Assembly: GCA_963790795.1 (NCBI GenBank)
Contig: CAWBPO010000001.1
Location: forward strand, 268,073-332,072
Direction: 5' to 3'
Length of the DNA: 64,000 nt
DNA from: an uncultured bacterium
GTDB lineage: Bacteria > Patescibacteriota > Minisyncoccia > Minisyncoccales > RBG-13-42-11
Every line of letters starts with the position of its first letter. Position 1 is the first letter of the stretch. Both the position numbers and the translations under genes were made by a program. This document shows, one piece after another, positions 1 to 8,547 of the stretch. The notes beneath the pieces are model-generated. The model was not told where the DNA came from, searched no databases, and saw only the letters and a program-made list of their open reading frames with translations.

Positions 1-174
1 TATATATAATTCTGACAATTTTTTTATTTCTAACAAAGAAAAAATTTTATTTCTACGTAGAAAAAAATAAGAATTATCAAAAACATCAAAATACTCATCA
101 TCCAAACGAATCGGGAAGATTTTTTTCATTTTTTCAGTGTCTTCTATTTTTTCAAATTCAACCGTCCATTTCAT
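1..174 (-). CDS. hypothetical protein, N-terminal part only (runs off left edge)
   Basis: Reverse-strand ATG at 174..172 opens a frame that stays open to position 1 (MKWTVEFEKIEDTEKMKKIFPIRLDDEYFDVF...). It is absent from the ORF track because no stop lies in the window. No recognisable motif. Confidence 0.3.
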   Translation of the reverse strand, partial: MKWTVEFEKIEDTEKMKKIFPIRLDDEYFDVFDNSYFFLRRNKIFSLLEIKKLSELYI

Positions 175-320
175 ATCTTTTTTTCGTAATAACTCTATTT
201 TCTATATAAATCAATAGGTTATATCTCACAACATAGATTGTCCGAATAAAAAATCGCTAAAAAGGCGATTCTTTAACTTTGACCTCTTTTTTAATTTCTG
301 ATATATTAAAAAAACGTTCA

Positions 321-893
321 ATGAACAGAGAGTTTTTAATACAATTGACGAACACGCTTTACCGCTTGACTTTGTTTTTTCCGAAAAAAGAGCCTTTGCG
401 GTATAAGATGAGGGAATTGGCTGACAGTTTTTTAATCAAGCCGAATGAGAAAGACTTGGAAGCTTTGGATAGCTTTTTTGATGTAGCTTTGGTTCAGAAC
501 TGGGTAAGTCCTTCTGACATGTTGGCAATTAAGAAAGAATATGCTAATTTGGTTGGAGAGCTGAAAAAGCCAAAACAGGAAAAAAAGAAACCCTCCTTCG
601 CTAAAACTTCGGAGGGCAAGGATAATCCTGTTGTTGTTGAAACTTATCATTCAGACACCGAGCGAATCGAGGTGAAGAAGAGGACGGAGTTCTCTTCGCC
701 CAGGCAGGAAAAGATAATTGAGTTTTTGAAAGAAAACGGCAGAGCCCAGGTTTGGCAGATAAAGCAAATTCTCCCAGATGTCAGTAAAAGAACTTTAAGA
801 CGGGATTTTGAAAATATGCTAGGCAGAGGAAACATTGAAAGAATGGGCGAAAGAAACAATACTTTTTATCAGATTAAGAACATTGAATCCTAG
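321..893 (+). CDS. DNA-binding protein with C-terminal DeoR-type winged HTH
   Basis: ORF 279..893; first ATG at 321 (MNREFLIQ). C-terminus RQEKIIEFLKENGRAQVWQIKQILPDVSKRTLRRDFENML fits the DeoR-family HTH pattern. N-terminal LYRLTLFFPKKEPLRYKMRELA loosely resembles four-helix-bundle (23S-IVS-type) proteins. Confidence 0.55.
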   Translation: MNREFLIQLTNTLYRLTLFFPKKEPLRYKMRELADSFLIKPNEKDLEALDSFFDVALVQNWVSPSDMLAIKKEYANLVGELKKPKQEKKKPSFAKTSEGKDNPVVVETYHSDTERIEVKKRTEFSSPRQEKIIEFLKENGRAQVWQIKQILPDVSKRTLRRDFENMLGRGNIERMGERNNTFYQIKNIES

Positions 894-963
894 ATAGGAC
901 ATACATATATTATAGGTGGTAGGACAGAGTGTCCTACCTTCTGTAAGTTAAAATATATCGGAT

Positions 964-1473
964 ATGGCAAACTATAAAAAAGAATTCGGAAAAATATACG
1001 ACCAGTGCATCAACAAAATATATCGGTTCATATTCTTGAAAGTGAACTCTGAAGACATTGCTCAGGATCTATGTTCAGAAACCTTTTTAAAAGGATGGGA
1101 ATCATACAAAAACAACCCTAAGATTGAAAATCCTTCTGCTTTTTTATATCGGATAGCAAGGAATCTGGTAATTGATCATTATAGGCAAAAGGCTAGGATA
1201 CAGTTTGTTTCCCCTGAAATAGTGCCGATTATTGACCCCAGCCAGGAAATAGAGGCAAAAGCAGCCTTGAATTCCGATATGGACCAAATTAAGATAGTTT
1301 TGGCAGATTTAAAGGAAAGTTACCAGAATATGATTATCTGGCATTATCTGGATCAGTTGTCCATACCGGAAATAGCTAAAATGACAGGAAAAACAGAAGA
1401 TGCCACAAGAGTAATGCTTTGCCGGGCCTTAAAAAATCTTAGAAACGAGATTAACCGCATTCAAACCTCTTAA
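964..1473 (+). CDS. RNA polymerase ECF (sigma-70 family, group 4) sigma factor
   Basis: Region 2 (IYRFIFLKVNSEDIAQDLCSETFLKGW ... FLYRIARNLVIDHYRQ) and region 4 HTH (LSIPEIAKMTGKTEDATRVMLCRALKNLR). Length of 169 aa is typical. Confidence 0.85.
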   Translation: MANYKKEFGKIYDQCINKIYRFIFLKVNSEDIAQDLCSETFLKGWESYKNNPKIENPSAFLYRIARNLVIDHYRQKARIQFVSPEIVPIIDPSQEIEAKAALNSDMDQIKIVLADLKESYQNMIIWHYLDQLSIPEIAKMTGKTEDATRVMLCRALKNLRNEINRIQTS

Positions 1474-1508
1474 GTGTAATAAAACAGGTGATTTTTCGTC
1501 ATAATAGT

Positions 1509-2207
1509 ATGACCGAGAAAGAACTCATTGGCAAAATACAGGAATTGCGCCAAATCAAACCCAGAAAAGACTGGGTTCTTTCTAACAAAGCCATGATTTT
1601 AGGCCCTTCGACAGGACTCAGGGCAAGCGAAAGCACAGGATTATTTTTCTTCCCTTATTTCAAACCAGCCTTAGTAAGCCTGGTTTCTGTTTTTGTCCTT
1701 GTCGGTTTATTCGGTTTTGCTCAAAACTCTTTACCTGGCAATTTCTTATATTCTATAAAAAAGATCACTGAAAAAAGCCAGGCGCTTTTTGTATCGGATA
1801 AAGGAAAAACAGAATTCAGCTTTAATTTAGCTGACAAGAGACTGGAAGAATTAACCAAAATAGCGGAAAACAACCAGGTTAAAAATCTGCCTCAGGCCAT
1901 AAACGAAGTTCAGGCCAGTATTTCTGAAGCAGTCAAGAATTTATCAAACAGTTCAGATACGCAAATGCTTGAAAAGCTGGCTGAATTAGGCAAGAACAAA
2001 CAGAATGCCGAGCAGATTTTAGCCACTCAGATTGATTCTGAAGAATTGGACAATGCTTATAAAAGTTTAACTGAAAACTTAATTAAAGACTTGGAAACAA
2101 GAACATTAACCGAAGAAAAACAGGAGATTTTAAGCCAGATGAAAGAGCTTTTTGAAGCTGGCAATTTTCAGCAGGCTTTGGAGCTTTATCTGGTAAATCA
2201 ACAGTAA
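1509..2207 (+). CDS. membrane-anchored helical protein, candidate anti-sigma factor (DUF5667-like by recall)
   Basis: ORF 1488..2207; first ATG at 1509. One TM segment (LVSLVSVFVLVGLFGF) followed by an extracytoplasmic helical domain. Sits immediately downstream of the ECF sigma gene. Confidence 0.45.
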   Translation: MTEKELIGKIQELRQIKPRKDWVLSNKAMILGPSTGLRASESTGLFFFPYFKPALVSLVSVFVLVGLFGFAQNSLPGNFLYSIKKITEKSQALFVSDKGKTEFSFNLADKRLEELTKIAENNQVKNLPQAINEVQASISEAVKNLSNSSDTQMLEKLAELGKNKQNAEQILATQIDSEELDNAYKSLTENLIKDLETRTLTEEKQEILSQMKELFEAGNFQQALELYLVNQQ

Positions 2208-2305
2208 ATTTGAAAATTCGCGAATCTCGTGACTAATACGTAAGGTCGCGAAGATACAAGGTCGACGCGATTGAGATAAATTATCATTAAATTAAAATTA
2301 TAAAA

Positions 2306-4273
2306 ATGACTAGTTTAACAAAAAAGATTGTAGCAATCGTAACAACAGTTACCTGCGCAGCCTGGATGATCAGTCCTGGAATCGCTTCAGCTTTAACCGC
2401 TGAAGAACTTCAGGCTCAAATCGCTACCTTGACCGCCCAATTAGCTACTCTTCAAAGTGAATTAACAACCTTAACAGGAACAACCGCTGCAGCCGGAACA
2501 CCGGCAGCTTGCGCTGGCATAACCTTTACTGTCAATTTGACAATAGGTTCCACTGGTGCTGATGTTCAATGCCTTCAGGCATTTTTGAACACTAATGCTG
2601 CAACTCAAGTTGCTGCCACCGGGGCAGGTTCTCCTGGAGCAGAAACAATGTACTTTGGTTCTTTAACCCAAGCAGCTGTTTCTAAATTCCAGGCAAACAA
2701 TGCTATTTCACCAACAGCCGGTTTCGTCGGTCCTATAACTCGCGCCAAATTGAACGAGCTGTTGACAACAGCAACTCCGACAGGACTTCCAGCTGGTTGT
2801 ACATCAACCGCTGGCTACAGCCCAACAACGGGTGTGTCTTGTGCCACTGTAACACCGACAACTCCAACAGGAGGCGCAGAGGGTAGCATTTCAGCATTAA
2901 CAGCTGCCACACCGATTACCGGGCAGACTATTTATGCCGGACAGGCTGAAATAGCGATAAATGGCCTTAATATAAAAGCTGTTGGCTCTGACGTATTGGT
3001 CAATCGTATTGACATCAAATTTGTCCAGAGACCATGGCTTTATGTTCCAAAGATTACAATCACTGATGGCACAAACGTCTTAGCCACCTTTGATGTAACT
3101 CAGGCCAGCACCATTGAAGTGACTGTTGGTTCAAATTACGTTGTTCGTATTGAAGGTTTGAACCTCAACATTCCAAAAGACACAACAGTATCTCTTGTTA
3201 TAAAGGCTGATGTTACATTGCCTGTGGGAATATCTGCTAATACAACCATCACTTACCAGGTTCTTGCTAACGCAGTTCGTGGAATTGATGGAGCTGGTTT
3301 GACACAATACGCTCCGCTTGGCAATTTAACCGCAAGAACCTTTATTATAGCGAGAAGTACTGTTGCCCAGCTTGATGTCGCTGCTGCCGCTGACAACCCG
3401 TTAGCCAAAGCAGTTATCATCAGTGAAACAGAAACAACAGAGAATGTTGAAATGTTGAGAGCTAATGTCAAGGCAAAATACAACGATGCTATTATAAGAA
3501 CAGTCGTTGTTGATTTGGTAGACGCTAACAGCAGAATAGGAGCTTTGAAGCTTTATGACGGTTCCACTCTGTTGGCTGCTACAAGCACAGCAGGCTCAGC
3601 CAGTTCTACTTTCACTGACCTTAGCTTGAGAGTTAACAAAGATACTACCAAGACATTGATTGTAAAAGGTGACGTTTTGGCTACCAGCACAGAAGGCTAT
3701 GCAGCTTCAGTTTCCTTACCGGTTACTGTTACTGCAATCGTTGCCGAAGATGCTGGCGATTACACAACAGTTACAACCCTTACTGGTTCAAAGGCTTCAG
3801 GTAATGCAGCTTACTTCTACACTCTAGCTCCGAGCTTGGCTTTGGTTAGCACTGAAATTACAGGAATTCAAGGCACTACAGGAAGCGCTTCACCTCAGCA
3901 AGCACAAGGCAAGATTAAGATCAATGTGACTGCTCAGGGCGGAGACATTTACGTGCCTAAGTACGCTGCCTTAGTAGCTTCTAGCGGTATTTCAGCTAGC
4001 GCTACCGGAAACACAGCAGCATCTCCTACTTGCACTTTCACCAGCAACGCAACCGAGAAAACAAATTCTTGGTTAGTTTCATCCGGTGAAACCAAATGGT
4101 TTGAGGTGTCATGTATGATGACCAGCAGTGGAGCAGCTGCTTTTGCCCGAGCATACTTAACAAACTTCAAGTGGGATATAAGCGACGCAGCAGCAACAAC
4201 GCCTGATCACAACTGGACTTGGGGTCTTGAAACATTCAAGACAAGCGACATCTTCTTGCAGACTAAAGGATAG
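2306..4273 (+). CDS. secreted Thr/Ala/Ser-rich cell-surface protein with N-terminal coiled coil and peptidoglycan-binding (PG_binding_1-like) domain
   Basis: Signal peptide MTSLTKKIVAIVTTVTCAAWMISPGIASA. Coiled coil AEELQAQIATLTAQLATLQSEL. PGB-like GADVQCLQAFLN...YFGSLTQAAVSKFQANNAISPTAGFVGPITRAKLNELL. Followed by a T/P linker and beta-rich repeats. Confidence 0.75.
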   Translation: MTSLTKKIVAIVTTVTCAAWMISPGIASALTAEELQAQIATLTAQLATLQSELTTLTGTTAAAGTPAACAGITFTVNLTIGSTGADVQCLQAFLNTNAATQVAATGAGSPGAETMYFGSLTQAAVSKFQANNAISPTAGFVGPITRAKLNELLTTATPTGLPAGCTSTAGYSPTTGVSCATVTPTTPTGGAEGSISALTAATPITGQTIYAGQAEIAINGLNIKAVGSDVLVNRIDIKFVQRPWLYVPKITITDGTNVLATFDVTQASTIEVTVGSNYVVRIEGLNLNIPKDTTVSLVIKADVTLPVGISANTTITYQVLANAVRGIDGAGLTQYAPLGNLTARTFIIARSTVAQLDVAAAADNPLAKAVIISETETTENVEMLRANVKAKYNDAIIRTVVVDLVDANSRIGALKLYDGSTLLAATSTAGSASSTFTDLSLRVNKDTTKTLIVKGDVLATSTEGYAASVSLPVTVTAIVAEDAGDYTTVTTLTGSKASGNAAYFYTLAPSLALVSTEITGIQGTTGSASPQQAQGKIKINVTAQGGDIYVPKYAALVASSGISASATGNTAASPTCTFTSNATEKTNSWLVSSGETKWFEVSCMMTSSGAAAFARAYLTNFKWDISDAAATTPDHNWTWGLETFKTSDIFLQTKG

Positions 4274-4354
4274 TTTCAGCTTTAACTTTCTTGTAAAGTT
4301 TTCGTTTCTTGCCGAGAATATTCCTTGTGTGTTCTGCGGACAAGACAAAAAGTT

Positions 4355-4380
4355 CCCAGCTTTAAAGCTGGGGCTTTTTG
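4355..4380 (+). terminator. rho-independent terminator after the surface-protein gene
   Basis: CCCAGCTTTAAAGCTGGG perfect hairpin followed by CTTTTTG. Confidence 0.7.
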
Positions 4381-4410
4381 TTTTCTTTGTATTTTGCTAA
4401 AATATTTTTA

Positions 4411-6627
4411 ATGAAATCAATAACCAAGTTTTTGCTGTTTTCCGTATTAATCATCACTCCTTTCTTAAAAGTAGACTCTCTTTACTTTCCCTACGTTTCA
4501 GGGAAAATATATGTTTTCCGGCTTTTGGTAATGCTCGCTTTTTTCTTTTGGGTTTGGCTGATGCTGAAAGAAAGGGAATGCCCCTCGACTTCGCTCGGGG
4601 CAAGCAGCCCAAATTTTAAAAACATTCTGGTAATTGCTTTGGTTTTGTTTTTCTTAGCCCAGGTTTTAGTTTCTTTTTTTAGCGTTGACACTGCATATTC
4701 TTTTTTTTCCAGCATTGAAAGGGGAGAAGGCGTTTTACAGTACGGTTTCTGGCTTTTATATTTTTTAATACTTATTTCCGTTTTAAAAAGAAACCAAGAT
4801 TGGAAAATGCTTTTTTCGATTTTTGTGATTGTCGCTTTTTTGGTTTCTTGCTATTCCTGGCTGAATTTTAGCAGTCAGGGCCAGCTGCAGGGAATTTTCG
4901 GCAATCCCGCTTATTTTGCCTCTTTTTTGCTCTTTGCTATCGGTTTTGCTTTGTTAGTGGTTGAAAGAAAGTTTTTTGAAAGCCGCCTCATAAATAATTT
5001 GTTTATTGCGGCAGCCGGCTTTTTTGTTCTTACTTTAGTTTTTACCCAAATCAGAGGAGCTTATGCCGGACTGGCGGCCGGTGTCTTTCTTTTTTGCCTT
5101 TTATCTGTTTTGTTTTTAAGAAAAGAAAACAAAAAAGCGGCTGTTTTTTGCGGCATTTTACTATTAGTGGGTTTTGGCTCAATCGCTTTGCTTTTTTCCG
5201 CCAGAGAGAGCAATTTCGTTAAAAGCACTCCTCTTTTATCAAGGGTAACTGAGGTAACTAATATCTGGGAAACAGGTTCTACCAGAGAGCGTCTTTTAAC
5301 CTGGGAAATCGCTTTGAAAGCTTTTAAGGAAAAGCCGGTTTTCGGGTACGGTCCTGAGAACTTTGGAGTTGTTTCTAACAAGTATTACGACTACCGGATA
5401 GGCAGGGGAGAAGCCTGGTTTGACAGGGCGCACAACAATGTTTTTGAGATTCTGGCAACAGGCGGCATTATTCTTTTTTCTTTTTATCTTTTCTGGCTGG
5501 CTGCTGCAGCTTTTCTTATCTTTAAAATATATAAAGAGAAAAAACTTCTTTCTTTTCTTTTGGCTTCCCTGTTCTTGGCGTATTTCGTGCAAGGGCTTTT
5601 TCTTTTTGACGTTTTTGCCTCGTATCTCGGCCTTTTTCCGTTTCTGGCGTTTTTGGTTTTTAAATGCAGTTCTTCAAAAGAAGATTTTTCAGAAAGAAGC
5701 AATTTAAAAAGAAATCCTCCTTTGTTTATTTTGATTTTCGTCGGTATTTTTTCTTTTTTCGTCGTTTTTACCTCTTGTTTTTTGCCTTATAAAGCCAATG
5801 CTGCGCTTTTAAACTTTTGTAATTCTACGGAAAACGGCTTTTACAAGGAAGCTGAGCTGTTTTTGGAAGAATCTTTCAAAGTACAGTCGCCATATACTTT
5901 TTGGGAAACAAGAAAAAGGGCTGGCTGGCAATTTTTAAAAATTCTTGATTACGAGGTGGATGAGAATACAACTTCCGGAGACCTTCAGACAGTCAAAGAC
6001 ATTTATGATTTTATTGTTCCTGAACTTGAAGGGCTTGCTCAAAATCGGCCTTCTGAACAGCAGACATATTATCTTTTAGGCAGGATTTACCGTTTGGGTT
6101 CTGAGAAATTAGATAGAAATGATTTGGACAAAGCAGTAGATATTCTTGAAAAAGGATTCGCATATTCTGATTTAAGAGTTGATTATTTCAGTGAATTGGC
6201 CCAGGTTTTGCTTTCTCAGGGAAAATTTGAACAAGGTGAAGCATTGGTCAAGGATTATGTTAACAGGACGCATTTTCAGAATTATTTTCCCTTTTTAACT
6301 TTAGGACATTTTTATTTTGTGGCAGGCAAGTATAATTTAGCATTGGAACAATATGAAAAAGCAAGGGAAGTGGGCTATGATTTTTGTGAGATTGAGGCGG
6401 AATACAGCCGCTATATGACCGTGGCAGAACAAACGCAGGAATACCAAAAAATCGTTGATATGGCTAAAAGGTATTTGGAGGAGAAAGGGCCAGATTCAGA
6501 TACATATTTTAATATTGCTGTCGGCTATTTCAATCTTGAAGAAAAAGAAAAGGCAAAAGAATTCTTTTTGAAAGCTTTGGAACTTGACGCGCAGTACGAG
6601 TCATACCGGCCAATTTTCATTTATTAA
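4411..6627 (+). CDS. O-antigen ligase / O-oligosaccharyltransferase-like (Wzy_C) polytopic membrane protein with C-terminal TPR domain
   Basis: ORF 4378..6627, but 4378-4380 lies in the terminator T-tract, so ATG 4411 (MKSITKF) is preferred. About 12 TM segments. Motifs FTQIRGAYAGLAAGVFLF and WFDRAHNNVFEILATGG are typical of the Wzy_C family. C-terminal TPR-like repeats (ALEQYEKAREV..., AKEFFLKALELDAQ). Confidence 0.8.
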   Translation: MKSITKFLLFSVLIITPFLKVDSLYFPYVSGKIYVFRLLVMLAFFFWVWLMLKERECPSTSLGASSPNFKNILVIALVLFFLAQVLVSFFSVDTAYSFFSSIERGEGVLQYGFWLLYFLILISVLKRNQDWKMLFSIFVIVAFLVSCYSWLNFSSQGQLQGIFGNPAYFASFLLFAIGFALLVVERKFFESRLINNLFIAAAGFFVLTLVFTQIRGAYAGLAAGVFLFCLLSVLFLRKENKKAAVFCGILLLVGFGSIALLFSARESNFVKSTPLLSRVTEVTNIWETGSTRERLLTWEIALKAFKEKPVFGYGPENFGVVSNKYYDYRIGRGEAWFDRAHNNVFEILATGGIILFSFYLFWLAAAAFLIFKIYKEKKLLSFLLASLFLAYFVQGLFLFDVFASYLGLFPFLAFLVFKCSSSKEDFSERSNLKRNPPLFILIFVGIFSFFVVFTSCFLPYKANAALLNFCNSTENGFYKEAELFLEESFKVQSPYTFWETRKRAGWQFLKILDYEVDENTTSGDLQTVKDIYDFIVPELEGLAQNRPSEQQTYYLLGRIYRLGSEKLDRNDLDKAVDILEKGFAYSDLRVDYFSELAQVLLSQGKFEQGEALVKDYVNRTHFQNYFPFLTLGHFYFVAGKYNLALEQYEKAREVGYDFCEIEAEYSRYMTVAEQTQEYQKIVDMAKRYLEEKGPDSDTYFNIAVGYFNLEEKEKAKEFFLKALELDAQYESYRPIFIY

Positions 6628-6689
6628 CGCTTTTTTCTGCTAACCGGGTTTTCAAAATTCTATAATTTGATAATATATATATTGAGCTA

Positions 6690-8387
6690 ATGAAAAGCAT
6701 TTTAAAGGCAAATTTTTTATTTCTCTTTCTTTCTTTTTTAATTTTGGGAAGCGCTTTTGCTGTTGGAGTAAACGCTCAGTCAGAAACAAAGTCTTTCTAC
6801 GTTGAAAGCTCATATGATTTGTACGCCAGAAAAAGTGTTGAAACGGTTTTGGTACGCACTTCCGACAATCTGTATTTCTACGTTGAAAAGCCGTGGTGGG
6901 ATAATCGTTCTTCGGCAGAGCAAAACAATATCAGGGTTGCGCTTTACGATCTGGCAGAGGAATTTAAAAACAAAATCTATCCTGTTTTAACTTCTACTTT
7001 CGGCTCTGAATGGAATCCTGGAATTGACAATGACAGCAGAATCACGGTTTTAATTCATGAAATGGAAAGGGGTGTGGGAGGATATTTCCGCAACCACAAT
7101 GAATACTACAAGCCCCAGGTATACAGCTCAAACGAGGCAGAAATGCTGTATCTTAATTCCCAGTTTATCACCGCTTCCTTTGCTAAGAGCTTTTTGGCGC
7201 ACGAATTCGTTCATTTGATAACTTTCAACCAGAAAGACAGATTGAGGAACATTACAGAGGACGTCTGGCTCAATGAACTAAGAGCAGAGTACGCTCCCAC
7301 TCTTTTGGGATATGATGACATTTACGAAGGATCCAATCTTCAAAAAAGAGTAAATACTTTCTTAAACAATCCCTCTATTTCTCTGATTGAGTGGCAGAAT
7401 GAGGTTGAAAGCTACGGAGTTTTGAACGTTTTCGTCCAGTATTTAGTTGATCATTACGGATTTAAAATTCTGCAGGATTCTCTTTTTTCTTCAAAAGTGG
7501 GCATTGAATCGATAAATTACGCTCTGCAAAGAAACGGCTTTCAGAAGGATTTTTCCCAGATTTTCAGCGATTGGGCAGTAACTGTTTTGGTCAATGACTG
7601 CTCTTTGGGAAGCAGCTATTGTTATAAAAACAGTAATTTGAAGAATTTCAGGATTACTCCAGAAACCAACTTTATTCCGACAACTGCCGAAAGCACCTTG
7701 ATCACTTACAACCAGATTAAGGATTGGTCAGCCAAGTGGCAAAGAATATTCGGTGGTAAAGGAAGCTTAACTTTGAATTTCAGCGGAGGCGTAGGAATCA
7801 ATTTTAAAGTTCCTTATGTTGTTTGCGATTTTGACAACAAATGCTTTGTTAAAATCTTAACTTTGGATAAAGACGGGAAGGGGCAGATATTGATTTCCGA
7901 TTTCAGCTCAAAGTACTTTTCCCTGACTTTGGTGCCCTCTGTCCAGCAAAGGCAGTCAGAGTTTACGGGTAACGGATCTTATTATCCTTTTTCTTTGGAA
8001 ATAAAAACAAGGGAAGTGTCAGGCGATGGCGATGCTTTGATTCAGAGCCTTCTTGACAAGATAGCTTATTTGCAAGCTGAGATTGCCAGAGTACAGGCAG
8101 CCATTAACGCTTTTTTGGCTTCGCAAGGCAAGGAACAAATGAATTTTTCCTCCTGCCAAAGTTTTGGTAATGATCTTTACTACGGAATGAAAAACAGCCA
8201 GGAAGTTTCCTGCTTGCAGCAATTTTTGAAATCCAAGGGTTCCGATATTTATCCTGAAGGATTGGTGACTGGAAACTTTCTTTCTTTGACTTTTACCGCT
8301 GTTCAAAGATACCAGGCAAATAAAGGAATAATCCAGACAGGCTATTTTGGTCCTTTAACAAGAACAGCGGCTAATGCCGAATTATAA
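6690..8387 (+). CDS. secreted gluzincin zinc metallopeptidase with C-terminal coiled coil and peptidoglycan-binding domain
   Basis: Signal peptide. HEFVH zinc motif followed 20 residues later by VWLNELRAEYA, comparable to M1-type HExxH...WLNEGFA. C-terminus LQAEIARVQAAINAF plus SQEVSCLQQFLKSKG...GYFGPLTRTAANA (PGB-like). Confidence 0.7.
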   Translation: MKSILKANFLFLFLSFLILGSAFAVGVNAQSETKSFYVESSYDLYARKSVETVLVRTSDNLYFYVEKPWWDNRSSAEQNNIRVALYDLAEEFKNKIYPVLTSTFGSEWNPGIDNDSRITVLIHEMERGVGGYFRNHNEYYKPQVYSSNEAEMLYLNSQFITASFAKSFLAHEFVHLITFNQKDRLRNITEDVWLNELRAEYAPTLLGYDDIYEGSNLQKRVNTFLNNPSISLIEWQNEVESYGVLNVFVQYLVDHYGFKILQDSLFSSKVGIESINYALQRNGFQKDFSQIFSDWAVTVLVNDCSLGSSYCYKNSNLKNFRITPETNFIPTTAESTLITYNQIKDWSAKWQRIFGGKGSLTLNFSGGVGINFKVPYVVCDFDNKCFVKILTLDKDGKGQILISDFSSKYFSLTLVPSVQQRQSEFTGNGSYYPFSLEIKTREVSGDGDALIQSLLDKIAYLQAEIARVQAAINAFLASQGKEQMNFSSCQSFGNDLYYGMKNSQEVSCLQQFLKSKGSDIYPEGLVTGNFLSLTFTAVQRYQANKGIIQTGYFGPLTRTAANAEL

Positions 8388-8430
8388 CAAGCTCTAGCTT
8401 GGTATATCGAATAACGTTCGTTATGAGTGC

Positions 8431-8455
8431 TTGACAATAATTTTTATGCTACAAT
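8431..8455 (+). promoter_or_regulatory. candidate extended -10 promoter for the Calx-beta protein gene
   Basis: TTGACA at 8431, but only 13 nt before TGcTACAAT (8447..8455). The extended -10 is therefore the credible part. A hairpin TTCCACAG/CTGTGGAA at 8469..8500 follows in the leader. Confidence 0.35.
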
Positions 8456-8547
8456 GAATAAATGAGTTTTCCACAGGTTAAGTTATATTCAACTGTGGAA
8501 TAATCAAAAAATTGTTGAAATACATATAACTATAACCAACTAAAAAT

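Noticed and set aside
252-270. Hairpin AATCGC-taaaaag-GCGATT upstream of the first regulator gene, considered as a terminator.
   Set aside because: The T-run lies on the minus strand, where no upstream gene exists to terminate, and the plus-strand T-tract is weak. It is more likely an incidental or operator-like palindrome, and the evidence is insufficient.
4378-4410. TTG-initiated 5' extension of the Wzy_C-TPR ORF given in the ORF track.
   Set aside because: The TTG sits inside the T-tract of the upstream terminator (4355..4380). ATG 4411 gives a normal MKSITKF... signal-anchor start.
5420-5707. 95-aa plus-strand ORF and several minus-strand ORFs (5061..5381, 5296..5592, 5484..5702) inside the Wzy_C-TPR gene.
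   Set aside because: These are alternative frames of a T-rich membrane-protein gene. Their Phe/Leu/Lys-rich low-complexity translations have no motifs.
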